Source of the DNA: an uncultured Alphaproteobacteria bacterium
GTDB lineage: Bacteria; Pseudomonadota; Alphaproteobacteria; Rs-D84
NCBI GenBank assembly: GCA_963931495.1
Contig: OZ007020.1
Location: 600,001-632,000 of the forward strand
DNA: 32,000 nt
Direction of reading: 5' to 3'
A model generated the notes under the pieces. It was not told the DNA's origin. It ran no database searches and was given only the letters and a program-made list of their open reading frames with translations. Position 1 is the first letter of the stretch, and every line of letters begins with the position of its first letter. The position numbers and the translations under genes are program-made. Below, piece by piece: positions 15,880 to 24,804 of the stretch.

Positions 15880-18489
15880 ATGTTAAAGAATTTTATTGGT
15901 AGATTACTTGGCTCGGCCAATGACAGAATTGTAAAGTCTTATGATAAAACAGTTTCGTTGATTAATGATTTAGAACCAAAATATCATGCAATGTCAGATG
16001 AAGAATTACGCGCACAGACGGATGTATTGCGTAATCGTCTGGCAAATGGCGAAAAAGAAAAAGATATTTTGGCGGACGCGTTTGCCGTCGTTCGCGAGGC
16101 GTCGTTGCGGTCAATCGGTCTGCGGCATTTTAATGTGCAATTAATTGGTGGAATGGTTTTGAATAATGGCCAAATTGCAGAAATGAAAACAGGTGAAGGT
16201 AAAACGCTGGTCGCGACGTTGGCGTTGTATCTGAAGGCTCTGCACGGGCGTGGTGCACATCTGATTACGGTTAATGATTATTTGGCGTCGCGTGACGCAA
16301 ACTGGATGGGGCAAGTATACAAATTTTTAGGCTTGACCGTTGGTATTATCCAACATGATATGACCGATGATGAACGCCGTGCAGCATATGCATGCGATAT
16401 TACGTATGTCACAAATTCTGAATTAGGATTTGATTATTTGCGCGATAATATGAAATTTACCAAGGCACAGCAAGTGTTGCGTCCATTATTCTTTGCCATC
16501 GTTGACGAAGTAGACAGCATTTTGATTGATGAAGCGCGTACACCACTGATTATTTCTGGGCCTGCCGAAGATACCAGTGAATTATATGAAAAAGTTGATG
16601 CGGTGGTGGCACAACTGGGACCAGACGATTACAAGAAAGATGAAAAAGATCGTCATGTAACATTGACAGAATCAGGGGTTGATACTGTAACAAAATTGTT
16701 GCAGGACGCAGGATTGCTAATCGGGGATAATTTGTATGCGTCTGAGAATGCCGCCGTGGTTATGCATATTCAGCAATCATTGTTGGCGCATCATTTGTAC
16801 CAGAAAAATGTTAACTATGTCGTGCGCAATGGTGAAATTTTAATCGTAGATGAATTTACCGGGCGTGTTATGACCGGACGCCGGTTTGGTAAAGGTTTGC
16901 ACCAGGCGATTGAGGCCAAAGAACATGTCAAGGTTCAGCCAGAAAATCAAACAGTGTCCAGTATATCTTACCAGAACTTGTTCCGGTTGTATCCAACATT
17001 GGCCGGAATGACCGGAACCGCCATGACCGAAGCCGCAGAATTTGAAGAAATTTATAAACTGCGCGTTGTGTCTATACCAACAAATCGGCCGGTCGCACGT
17101 GTTGACCATCATGATGAAATATATCGCAATAAAGAAGAAAAATATGACGCGATTATTAAACAAATTTCAGAATGTATGTCACGAAATCAGCCGGTATTGG
17201 TCGGAACCGTGTCAATTGAAAAGTCTGAAGAACTGGCCGCGATTGTACGTAAAAAATTAAATATTAACCCAGCCGTGCTGAATGCAAAACATCATGAATC
17301 CGAAGCAAAAATTGTCGCCCAGGCCGGTGCCCCAGGCGCGGTCACAATCGCAACCAATATGGCGGGCCGCGGAACGGATATTAAACTGGGCGGAAATGCC
17401 GAAGAATTAATTGCAGAACTGGATCCGGATGATGTGGATTTTGATGCAAAAAAACAAGAAATCTATGACAGAATAGAAAAAAATAAAAAACAGGTCTTGG
17501 ATGCCGGTGGCTTGTATGTAATTGGTACAGAACGTCATGAATCGCGTCGTATTGATAATCAATTGCGTGGACGCAGTGGACGTCAAGGTGATCCCGGTGA
17601 TTCAAAGTTCTTTTTGGCGTTGGATGACGATTTAATGCGTATCTTTGGGGCCGCACGGTTACAGGGAATGTTGACCACATTGGGATTAAAGCCAGGTGAA
17701 GCAATTACCCATCCGTGGATAACCAAGGCATTGGAAAAGGCACAAAAGCGTGTTGAAGCACGGTATTTTGAATCCCGCAAAGAATTGCTGAAATATGATG
17801 ACGTTATGAATGAACAGCGTGGCGTTGTTTACAAACAGCGCGATGATTTAATGGTGTCTGATGATTTGGCACCGCTGGCACGCGAAATGATTGGCGATGT
17901 CGTAGAACTGATTTGTGAAAACAATATCCCAGAAAAAGCACATCCGGCAGATTGGAATTTGCGCGGAATTCATGATGCAATGATGCGTGCATTTGCATTG
18001 GATATCACGGATATTGATAAATGGAAAACAGACGAAACAATATCAGAACATCGGGCGTATGAAATCTTGAATAATTTGGCAATGCGCAGATATCAAAGCC
18101 AGGCCGAAAAGTATGGCCCAGAATTAATGCAAATGGCGTCACGACAAATGATGCTTGGGGCGTTGGATACGGTATGGAAACGCCATTTACAGCAAATGGA
18201 CTATTTGCAGACGGCAATTGGACTGCGTGGGTATGCCCAACGAAACCCGTTGTATGAATATAAGCGGGAAGCATTAGGGTTGTTCAAAAATACGATTAAT
18301 AATTTCAAAATTATGTCTGTGTCGTATATTTGTCGGATGGAATTAACACGCGAAGATGTTGCTGCCACAGAAAAAGAACATGCGCGGCATGACGCGGCAT
18401 TAAACCAGGCGGGCGAAGCACGTCGGAATGCCCCATGCCCATGTGGTTCGGGCTTAAAATATAAGCATTGTTGTGGTAAATTAAAATAA
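15880..18489 (+). CDS. secA: preprotein translocase ATPase SecA
   Basis: MLKNFIGRLLGS.NDR start, Walker A MKTGEGKTL, DEVDSILIDEARTPLIISG and TNMAGRGTDIKLGG. C-terminal zinc motif CPCGSGLKYKHCCGK. The ORF-track start at 15826 is a TTG inside the promoter. Confidence 0.95.
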   Translation: MLKNFIGRLLGSANDRIVKSYDKTVSLINDLEPKYHAMSDEELRAQTDVLRNRLANGEKEKDILADAFAVVREASLRSIGLRHFNVQLIGGMVLNNGQIAEMKTGEGKTLVATLALYLKALHGRGAHLITVNDYLASRDANWMGQVYKFLGLTVGIIQHDMTDDERRAAYACDITYVTNSELGFDYLRDNMKFTKAQQVLRPLFFAIVDEVDSILIDEARTPLIISGPAEDTSELYEKVDAVVAQLGPDDYKKDEKDRHVTLTESGVDTVTKLLQDAGLLIGDNLYASENAAVVMHIQQSLLAHHLYQKNVNYVVRNGEILIVDEFTGRVMTGRRFGKGLHQAIEAKEHVKVQPENQTVSSISYQNLFRLYPTLAGMTGTAMTEAAEFEEIYKLRVVSIPTNRPVARVDHHDEIYRNKEEKYDAIIKQISECMSRNQPVLVGTVSIEKSEELAAIVRKKLNINPAVLNAKHHESEAKIVAQAGAPGAVTIATNMAGRGTDIKLGGNAEELIAELDPDDVDFDAKKQEIYDRIEKNKKQVLDAGGLYVIGTERHESRRIDNQLRGRSGRQGDPGDSKFFLALDDDLMRIFGAARLQGMLTTLGLKPGEAITHPWITKALEKAQKRVEARYFESRKELLKYDDVMNEQRGVVYKQRDDLMVSDDLAPLAREMIGDVVELICENNIPEKAHPADWNLRGIHDAMMRAFALDITDIDKWKTDETISEHRAYEILNNLAMRRYQSQAEKYGPELMQMASRQMMLGALDTVWKRHLQQMDYLQTAIGLRGYAQRNPLYEYKREALGLFKNTINNFKIMSVSYICRMELTREDVAATEKEHARHDAALNQAGEARRNAPCPCGSGLKYKHCCGKLK

Positions 18490-18516
18490 AACATCCGCCA
18501 ATTGGCGGATGTTTTT
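18489..18516. terminator. bidirectional terminator between secA (+) and tadA (-)
   Basis: AAAACATCCGCC-AATT-GGCGGATGTTTTT. Confidence 0.7.
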
Positions 18517-18529
18517 GTGTCAGATGAAT

Positions 18530-18973
18530 TTATTTACGACGTGCCACAAAAAAATCACGTAACATTTTTGCCGATTCTTTGGCATATGTTGTATCGTGGA
18601 TAACGTTCGGACGCCACAGATGACGGTCGTTGTCATATATACGTGCGTTGTGCGCGATTCCCCCGCCCTTTTCGTCTGTGGCGGCATAGTATATATTACG
18701 AATTCGGGCCAATGATATCGCCGTTGCGCACATCGCACATGGTTCCAATGTTACGTATATGTCACAATTATCAAGAAATTTCACCCCCAGTTTGCGGCAT
18801 GCGCGATTTATTGCGACAATTTCGGCATGTAGTGTTGGGTTCTGTTTCTGTTGCACTTGGTTTTCACCGCGCGCAATAATTTTATTGTCGCGCACAATGA
18901 CGGCACCAATTGGCACATCGTCGTGTGATTGGGCCCGAATTGCTGAATTAATGGCTTGCTTCATAAATATCAT
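18530..18973 (-). CDS. tadA: tRNA-specific adenosine deaminase
   Basis: CDA zinc motifs HAEIVAI and TLEPCAMCATAI. The start is ambiguous (ATG at 18973 or 18964; the ORF-track 19000 is a TTG). Confidence 0.85.
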   Translation of the reverse strand: MIFMKQAINSAIRAQSHDDVPIGAVIVRDNKIIARGENQVQQKQNPTLHAEIVAINRACRKLGVKFLDNCDIYVTLEPCAMCATAISLARIRNIYYAATDEKGGGIAHNARIYDNDRHLWRPNVIHDTTYAKESAKMLRDFFVARRK

Positions 18974-18990
18974 GATGTACACTGTAATGC

Positions 18991-19554
18991 ATGAATTCAA
19001 AATTGCAAATTATTTCAGGAAAGTTTCGCGGACGTAAATTATATCTGCCACCGAATGCGCGCCCAACCCAGCAGCGTGCGCGTGCAGCCTTGTTTAATAT
19101 GTTGGCATCTGGGGTTGTTGGCACGGACGGTTGTATAAACGTGTGGGATGCGTTTGCCGGCAGTGGCGCGTTCGGTATAGAATTTATATCGCGTTATCCA
19201 AATGCCAAGGTTGTTTTTACAGATGTTGCAAAAGAATCACTTGATACAATTCGGCGTAATCTGGCGATGTTGGGGGTTGGGAATTCTGGGACCGTTGTGG
19301 CCGGGGATGCGGTGGCGCTGGTGACACGGTTTGGCATGAATTCCGATGTTGTTTTTGTTGATGCACCATATTCAGATGCAGACGTGGCACGGATATTTGT
19401 TGCAAATTTGACGCGTGTTGCCCGTCCTGGTACGATTTTAATCTGGGAACAAGAAAATGAAAAATCAATAAATGACCCAGATGGCTGGGGGGTGTTGCGT
19501 GATAAAAAATATGGGCGGGCGCGATTTTTGATTTTACAGCGAACGACAGAATAA
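18991..19554 (+). CDS. rsmD: 16S rRNA (guanine966-N2)-methyltransferase RsmD
   Basis: IISGKFRGRKL..P....RPT..RAR.ALFNML, SAM motif DAFAGSGAFGIE, and VFVDAPY (a DPPY-type motif). Confidence 0.85.
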   Translation: MNSKLQIISGKFRGRKLYLPPNARPTQQRARAALFNMLASGVVGTDGCINVWDAFAGSGAFGIEFISRYPNAKVVFTDVAKESLDTIRRNLAMLGVGNSGTVVAGDAVALVTRFGMNSDVVFVDAPYSDADVARIFVANLTRVARPGTILIWEQENEKSINDPDGWGVLRDKKYGRARFLILQRTTE

Positions 19555-19654
19555 AAACCTTGATTTTTCAATATTTTTGATAAATAATATGCCCCGCACG
19601 GCACCCTTGGAGGTCGTGCAGCAATAAAATACCATATAAAAAAGGAAATATAAA

Positions 19655-20293
19655 ATGGCAATACAAATAAAAGCAAGTGTTCGCAACGCTGGTGGCAAGG
19701 GGGCCGCGCGTAGCATACGTAAAAACAAGAATGTACCTGGGGTAATCTATGGTGAGAAAAAGGCGCCAGTTGCGATTGAATTAAATGGGCGCGATTTTGA
19801 AACGTTGTTACAGACACCAAGTTTACGCACAAAGTTATTTGAAATTGATACAGAAAATGGCAAAGAAGATGCCATGCTGATGGATATTCAATATCATCCT
19901 GTTTCGGATAATGTTGTTCATGTTGACTTTAAGCGTATTGATGTTAAAAAGCCTGTTAACGTCAGTGTGCCAGTTGAAGTTATTAATGCTGATGTGTCCA
20001 AGGGATTAAAGTTGGGCGGCGTTTTGAACTTTGCGGTACGTAAGGTTGCATTACGTGGTTTGGTTCATGATATCCCAGAAAAAATAACAATTGATTTAAC
20101 AAATTTGAATGTCGGTGAATCTGTACACGGTTCTGATTTAGTGCTGCCAGATGGCGTAGAATTGGGACTGCACCAGGCGGAATTGGCGTTCGCGATAATT
20201 GGCGGGAAAATGCCTGATGAAGCAGATTCAGCCAGACCAGCATCTGCCCCAGCGGCAGCAGCACCGGCGGTATCAGATGAAGCCAAAAAATAA
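19655..20293 (+). CDS. rplY: 50S ribosomal protein L25, long Ctc form
   Basis: RNAGGKGAARSIRKNKNVPGVIYG and HPVSDNVVHVDFKRI, with an Ala/Pro-rich acidic tail. Confidence 0.9.
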   Translation: MAIQIKASVRNAGGKGAARSIRKNKNVPGVIYGEKKAPVAIELNGRDFETLLQTPSLRTKLFEIDTENGKEDAMLMDIQYHPVSDNVVHVDFKRIDVKKPVNVSVPVEVINADVSKGLKLGGVLNFAVRKVALRGLVHDIPEKITIDLTNLNVGESVHGSDLVLPDGVELGLHQAELAFAIIGGKMPDEADSARPASAPAAAAPAVSDEAKK

Positions 20294-20314
20294 AACAGGT
20301 GTTGTTTATGTCAC

Positions 20315-20340
20315 AACCGTCCGATTTGGACGGTTTTTTG
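20315..20340 (+). terminator. rho-independent terminator of rplY
   Basis: AACCGTCC-GATTT-GGACGGTT followed by TTTTG. Confidence 0.7.
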
Positions 20341-20361
20341 TTATTATTTTTTTCCTGTGGC

Positions 20362-20390
20362 CTTGAAATGATGTTTACGGTTAACTATAT
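20362..20390 (+). promoter_or_regulatory. dnaK promoter candidate with sigma32-like -35 element
   Basis: CTTGAAA (20362-20368), 14 nt, then AACTATAT (20383-20390). The -35 matches the RpoH consensus CTTGAAA. The -10 matches CCCCATNT only partly, and a TTGAAA-N17-TATATG sigma70 reading is also possible. Confidence 0.35.
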
Positions 20391-20434
20391 GCATACTAAG
20401 CAAAAACACAAAACAATTTGCAAGGAGTGAAAAA

Positions 20435-22327
20435 ATGGCAAAAGTATTGGGTATTGATTTGGGAACAACAAATTCTGCCATGGCTTTTATGGATGGCAGT
20501 GACCCAAAAATTATTGAAAATTCCGAAGGACAGCGCACAACCCCGTCTGTTGTTGCAATAACGTCGGGCGGTGAACAGTTGGTTGGTATTACCGCAAAAA
20601 ACCAGGCTGTGACAAATCCAGAAAATACAATATATGAAATTAAGCGTTTAATGGGATTGCGTTATGACAGTCCAGCAGTTAAAGAAATTGCGGCGCGTGT
20701 GCCGTATAAAATTGTCGCAGGCGATAATGGCGATGCATGGGTTGAAATTGACGGTAAAAAATATGCCCCGTCCCAGATTTCGGCAATGATTTTGGCAAAA
20801 TTAAAGAAAGATGCAGAAGCGTATCTGGGTGAAACAATTTCAGATGCAGTTATCACTGTGCCGGCATATTTTAATGATTCTCAACGCCAGGCAACAAAAG
20901 ACGCCGGACGTATCGCTGGGTTGAATGTTTTGCGTATTGTTAATGAACCAACCGCGGCGGCATTGGCGTATGGTATGGACAAGAATAAAAACGGAACCAT
21001 TGCGGTGTATGACTTGGGTGGTGGTACGTTTGATATTTCTATACTGGAAATTGTTGATGGTGTGTTTGAAGTTAAATCAACAAATGGTGATACCGCGTTG
21101 GGTGGTTCGGATTTTGACGCGCGTGTATTGAAATACTTGATTGATGAATTCAAATCCCAGACTGGTATTGATTTGTCTGGTGACAAATTGGCGTTGCAGC
21201 GGTTAAAAGAAGCTGCCGAAAAAGCCAAAATTGAATTGTCATCCAAGACGACGACGGATATCAATTTACCGTTCTTGACGGCGGATGCATCGGGTCCAAA
21301 GCACTTTAATACAACGCTGACACGTGCAAAATTGGAATCTTTGGTGGATGATTTAATTCAAAAAACAATTGAACCGTGTCGCAAGGCATTGAAAGATGCA
21401 GGGCTGGACAAAGGCCAGATTAATGAAGTTATTCTGGTTGGTGGCCAGACACGTATGCCAAAGGTTCAAGAAACAGTCAAAGAATTCTTTGGGCGCGAAC
21501 CACACAAAGGTGTTAACCCAGATGAAGTTGTTGCACTGGGGGCCGCAATTCAAGGTGGCGTGTTAAAGGGTGATGTCAAAGATGTATTGTTGTTGGATGT
21601 TACACCGTTGTCTTTGGGAATTGAAACGTTGGGCGGTGTGTTCACACGTCTGATTGATCGTAACACAACGATTCCAACCAAAAAATCACAAGTGTTCAGT
21701 ACGGCCGAAGATAATCAATCGGCGGTCACTATTCGTGTGTTCCAGGGTGAACGCGATATGGCGGCGGACAATAAATTATTGGGGCAATTTAATTTAGAAG
21801 GTATTGCACCTGCCCCGCGTGGTATGCCACAGATAGAAGTATCATTTGATATTGATGCAAATGGTATTGTTCATGTGTCTGCCAAAGATAAAGGCACCGG
21901 TAAAGAACAGGCGATTTCAATCAAATCAGACGGTGGATTGTCCGAAGATGAAATTAAACGTATGGTTGATGAAGCCGCCGCAAACGCCGATGCAGATAAA
22001 AAGAAACGTGAATTGGCCGAAGCGAAAAATAATGCAGAAACAGCCATATTTACGGTTGACAAGGCGTTAAAAGAACATGGCGACAAAATCAGTGCAGATG
22101 AAAAAACAGCCATAGAAAATGCCAAGAAAGAATTGGCAGACGAATTGGCGAAATCTGATGTAACCGCAGAAGTTCTGAAAGAAAAAACAGATGCGTTGAC
22201 CGAAAAGTCTATGAAACTGGGCGAAGCGGTATACAAGGCATCACAAGAAGCGGCGGCATCTGAAAACACTGACAGCAAGTCAAATGATGACGGTACGCGT
22301 GACGCAGATTTTTCTGAAAAGAAATAA
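20435..22327 (+). CDS. dnaK: molecular chaperone DnaK (Hsp70)
   Basis: [17 protein letters not shown], and the full-length Hsp70 layout with an acidic C-terminal tail. Confidence 0.97.
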   Translation: MAKVLGIDLGTTNSAMAFMDGSDPKIIENSEGQRTTPSVVAITSGGEQLVGITAKNQAVTNPENTIYEIKRLMGLRYDSPAVKEIAARVPYKIVAGDNGDAWVEIDGKKYAPSQISAMILAKLKKDAEAYLGETISDAVITVPAYFNDSQRQATKDAGRIAGLNVLRIVNEPTAAALAYGMDKNKNGTIAVYDLGGGTFDISILEIVDGVFEVKSTNGDTALGGSDFDARVLKYLIDEFKSQTGIDLSGDKLALQRLKEAAEKAKIELSSKTTTDINLPFLTADASGPKHFNTTLTRAKLESLVDDLIQKTIEPCRKALKDAGLDKGQINEVILVGGQTRMPKVQETVKEFFGREPHKGVNPDEVVALGAAIQGGVLKGDVKDVLLLDVTPLSLGIETLGGVFTRLIDRNTTIPTKKSQVFSTAEDNQSAVTIRVFQGERDMAADNKLLGQFNLEGIAPAPRGMPQIEVSFDIDANGIVHVSAKDKGTGKEQAISIKSDGGLSEDEIKRMVDEAAANADADKKKRELAEAKNNAETAIFTVDKALKEHGDKISADEKTAIENAKKELADELAKSDVTAEVLKEKTDALTEKSMKLGEAVYKASQEAAASENTDSKSNDDGTRDADFSEKK

Positions 22328-22343
22328 TCGCATCGCCGTTAAC

Positions 22344-22371
22344 AAAAAATCCCGCAGTTGCGGGATTTTTT
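22344..22371. terminator. bidirectional terminator shared by dnaK (+) and ORF 22370-23698 (-)
   Basis: AAAAAATCCCGC-AGTT-GCGGGATTTTTT. The T-run overlaps the TAA stop (22370-22372) of the convergent gene. Confidence 0.75.
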
Positions 22372-23698
22372 ACATTGAATAAATTTTAATGTCACCCAGG
22401 TTAAAACAACCGTATTGGTCGCAAAAATTTGTGCCGCCATCAATGTAACATTCTTGTTCTGTTTTTGCACCAGCAGCAGATGTTGAACCCGCCGGACACG
22501 GGGTTTCTATGCCATTGGGGCAATAATATCCGGCCTTGCAATCGCGGTAATGCGGAACCAATACGCGTTGCAGTTCATCCGTGAACATAAATGTATCGTC
22601 GGGATAGTATTTGCTGGTTGCGCATGATGTTTTTTTTGTGTCCACAATAAAGCAGTCGTAATGTGTAAAAACTTTACCATGTTTATACCAAGTTTTTGGT
22701 AATGCTTTGACGGTACGTTCGGGCGCGTCGGAGTTATGTTTAACATTGAATGATACGTCGGCTTTGGTTGAAATATCGCCGCCGTTGTATTCTTGAAGAT
22801 ACCATATTTGGATATCATGTATTTCGTATTGTGCGTACAGATTTTTTTCGTCGTATGAACGCAAACTCATTTGATCAAATTCGCCAGATGTACTTATTAC
22901 AAGATTCACATCAGATGCATCGTCTGAGCTGGAATAATAGCCCAAGAATTTATAATATTCTGTGGATGGCTGGTTATATTTAGACGGCATATTGGATTGG
23001 CCATCTATGCCATTATCCCAAACCAATGTTATTGTTTGGTCAGAATATGTTTTTGGTAAATTTTCCGTATATGGATTATTATGTTTTAATGTAATTTTGT
23101 ATTCATTCGGTATGCAGCGATCGTCATGACCGTTGTTTGTACTGTTGGGCGCGGTTGAACCAGAACCAAAGAATTCCAAATCTTTATCATTTCCGTGATA
23201 TCCGTCGCGACATTTGTAACAGCCTTTTTCCGTGTTGTCCCAATAATATCCAGATTGGCACACCAGTCGCCATGGGCAATTGTCCTGTGTGTTACCATAT
23301 GCGTTCAGCAAATCGTCATCAAATGAATATTTTGTTGAATTATTTGGTGATTTTGGCGTACTGCAAGTATGGCTGCACATTGTTAAATCATGCAGCCCCG
23401 CTGATCCGGTACCTGCGGGTGGCAAGTATGTCCCAGGTTCGCACTGTAAGCACGAAAAGTTTTTTTGATCATATGAACATCCGGGGGCGCATTTGAATCC
23501 CACACTGCATGTGACAGACGGGTCATGCAATTCATTGCCACAATACAAATAACAAACTTCTGTGTTGGGGGGCCATGTGTCTGGCAGTAATGTTTCTGGA
23601 TCATCAGCACCCGCCGCAGCAAGCGCAGATTGCATTGCTGGTAATGTTGTGCATATCAGACAGAATGTATACGATATTATATTTTTTTTGATGTTCAT
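22370..23698 (-). CDS. exported cysteine-rich repeat protein (442 aa): N- and C-terminal Cys-rich modules flanking two Listeria-Bacteroides-type repeat-like units
   Basis: Signal peptide MNIKKNIISYTFCLICTTLPAMQSALA/AAG, with 22 Cys in the mature protein. Motifs: CLQCEPGTYLPPAGTGSAGLHDLTMCSHTC, CQSGYYWDNTEKGCYKCRDGYHG and CKAGYYCPNGIETPCPAGSTSAAGAKTEQEC. The middle region reads YKITL...YYKFLGYYSS...NLYAQY. Confidence 0.7.
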   Translation of the reverse strand: MNIKKNIISYTFCLICTTLPAMQSALAAAGADDPETLLPDTWPPNTEVCYLYCGNELHDPSVTCSVGFKCAPGCSYDQKNFSCLQCEPGTYLPPAGTGSAGLHDLTMCSHTCSTPKSPNNSTKYSFDDDLLNAYGNTQDNCPWRLVCQSGYYWDNTEKGCYKCRDGYHGNDKDLEFFGSGSTAPNSTNNGHDDRCIPNEYKITLKHNNPYTENLPKTYSDQTITLVWDNGIDGQSNMPSKYNQPSTEYYKFLGYYSSSDDASDVNLVISTSGEFDQMSLRSYDEKNLYAQYEIHDIQIWYLQEYNGGDISTKADVSFNVKHNSDAPERTVKALPKTWYKHGKVFTHYDCFIVDTKKTSCATSKYYPDDTFMFTDELQRVLVPHYRDCKAGYYCPNGIETPCPAGSTSAAGAKTEQECYIDGGTNFCDQYGCFNLGDIKIYSM

Positions 23699-23709
23699 GA
23701 GAATCTAAA

Positions 23710-24165
23710 TCAATGTTGTTTTTCTTGGTTGATTGTCCATCCATTTTGGATAAACCATAAACTGTCAGCAGGTATTTTAGATGCTTCGCCGGGGCGAAAA
23801 TCAAAATTGCCGTGTCCGCGAATTTTGGGTGACATGTTTATTATTGGTTCCAACTGTAAATGGCGCAGGCTGGTGATGTTGTTGTACATCATACGACGCC
23901 ATGAACCTGTGGCGTGCAGGTAAATTGTTTCTGTGCCAGGGTGTGACATATAATAGTCTAATATATCACTGGGGCGAATTGTGCCGTCACTGTTCATATC
24001 ATATACAGTTTGTGTGTTGTTAATATCAAACTGTATGGTGATTTCAGATGGTGCCGGTGCCCATGTTATTTCAGGGTCACAAGATGTTACCAGCCCTGCC
24101 CCGGCAATACCCAGTGCGGGTAATAATGTTTTTATTTTGTATGGTATAATTTGTTGAAACTTCAT
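23710..24165 (-). CDS. lipoprotein, paralog 2 (151 aa)
   Basis: MKFQQIIPYKIKTLLPALGIAGAGLVTSC (lipobox VTSC). The C-terminus GHGNFDFRPGEASKIPADSLWFIQNGWTINQEKQH is shared with the upstream paralog. The ATG at 24165 lies 5 nt after the upstream stop. Confidence 0.65.
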   Translation of the reverse strand: MKFQQIIPYKIKTLLPALGIAGAGLVTSCDPEITWAPAPSEITIQFDINNTQTVYDMNSDGTIRPSDILDYYMSHPGTETIYLHATGSWRRMMYNNITSLRHLQLEPIINMSPKIRGHGNFDFRPGEASKIPADSLWFIQNGWTINQEKQH

Positions 24166-24170
24166 GTCTG

Positions 24171-24614
24171 TTACCGTTGTTTTTGGTTGTTTATTGCCCA
24201 CCCATTTTGCACAATCCATGCACTGTCGGATGGTACTTTTGACGCTTCGCCGGGGCGAAAGTTAAAATTGCCATTCCCATAAATTTTTGGTGAATAATTT
24301 TTTGCTGGTTCAAGAACGTTTGTACGTAAATTATGTATATCGTCGCTGAATAACGTGTTATAGTTTCCAGATGCAACAATATAAACTGTGTCTGTATAAT
24401 CATAATCGGCGTATGAATATACCATATCCATAAATTCTTGATTGCCGTCGTTATATATGGAATTCGTTCCACCCGGCAGTATCAGTTGGATGCTGCGTTG
24501 CGGAACGGTTAACGGTTCATTTTTTTCACACGACGTGGTTAATCCACATCCGATTAACCCGAATATTGGGATGATATGTTTCAATTTATATGGCGTAATT
24601 TGTTTGAATGACAT
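24171..24614 (-). CDS. lipoprotein, paralog 1 (147 aa)
   Basis: MSFKQITPYKLKHIIPIFGLIGCGLTTSC (lipobox-like TTSC). C-terminus GNGNFNFRPGEASKVPSDSAWIVQNGWAINNQKQR. The ATG at 24614 is preceded by AGGGGA; the ORF-track start at 24650 is a TTG. Confidence 0.65.
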   Translation of the reverse strand: MSFKQITPYKLKHIIPIFGLIGCGLTTSCEKNEPLTVPQRSIQLILPGGTNSIYNDGNQEFMDMVYSYADYDYTDTVYIVASGNYNTLFSDDIHNLRTNVLEPAKNYSPKIYGNGNFNFRPGEASKVPSDSAWIVQNGWAINNQKQR

Positions 24615-24662
24615 ATGACCTGTTCCCCTTTGTCTTGTTTTATTTTTCAAGGATATAAAAAA

Positions 24663-24781
24663 CTGCCGAATCTAAACGGAGGTTTATATTCGGCACAAAT
24701 GGATAAATAAAAATGGCGGAATATCGGGTGTTTTTTTTTCAGTTAATGTAAATAAAAAAAACCTCCGTTTAGATTCGGCAG
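24663..24781 (-). promoter_or_regulatory. 119-nt palindromic leader element (22-bp arms, ~75-nt AT-rich interior) with flanking A/T runs; attenuator/terminator-like
   Basis: CTGCCGAATCTAAACGGAGGTT (24663-24684) is the exact reverse complement of AACCTCCGTTTAGATTCGGCAG (24760-24781). A T6 run follows the hairpin on both strands. An inner imperfect hairpin pairs ATATTCCGC with GCCGAATAT. The element lies between the promoter at 24805-24833 and the start codon at 24614. Confidence 0.55.
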
Positions 24782-24804
24782 GCTTTTTTGTTGTCTATGC
24801 ACTG

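Noticed and set aside
19194-19832. 212-aa minus-strand ORF
   Set aside because: It is antisense to rsmD, the intergenic region and the start of rplY, both of which have clear family motifs. There is no start context, so it is a shadow ORF.
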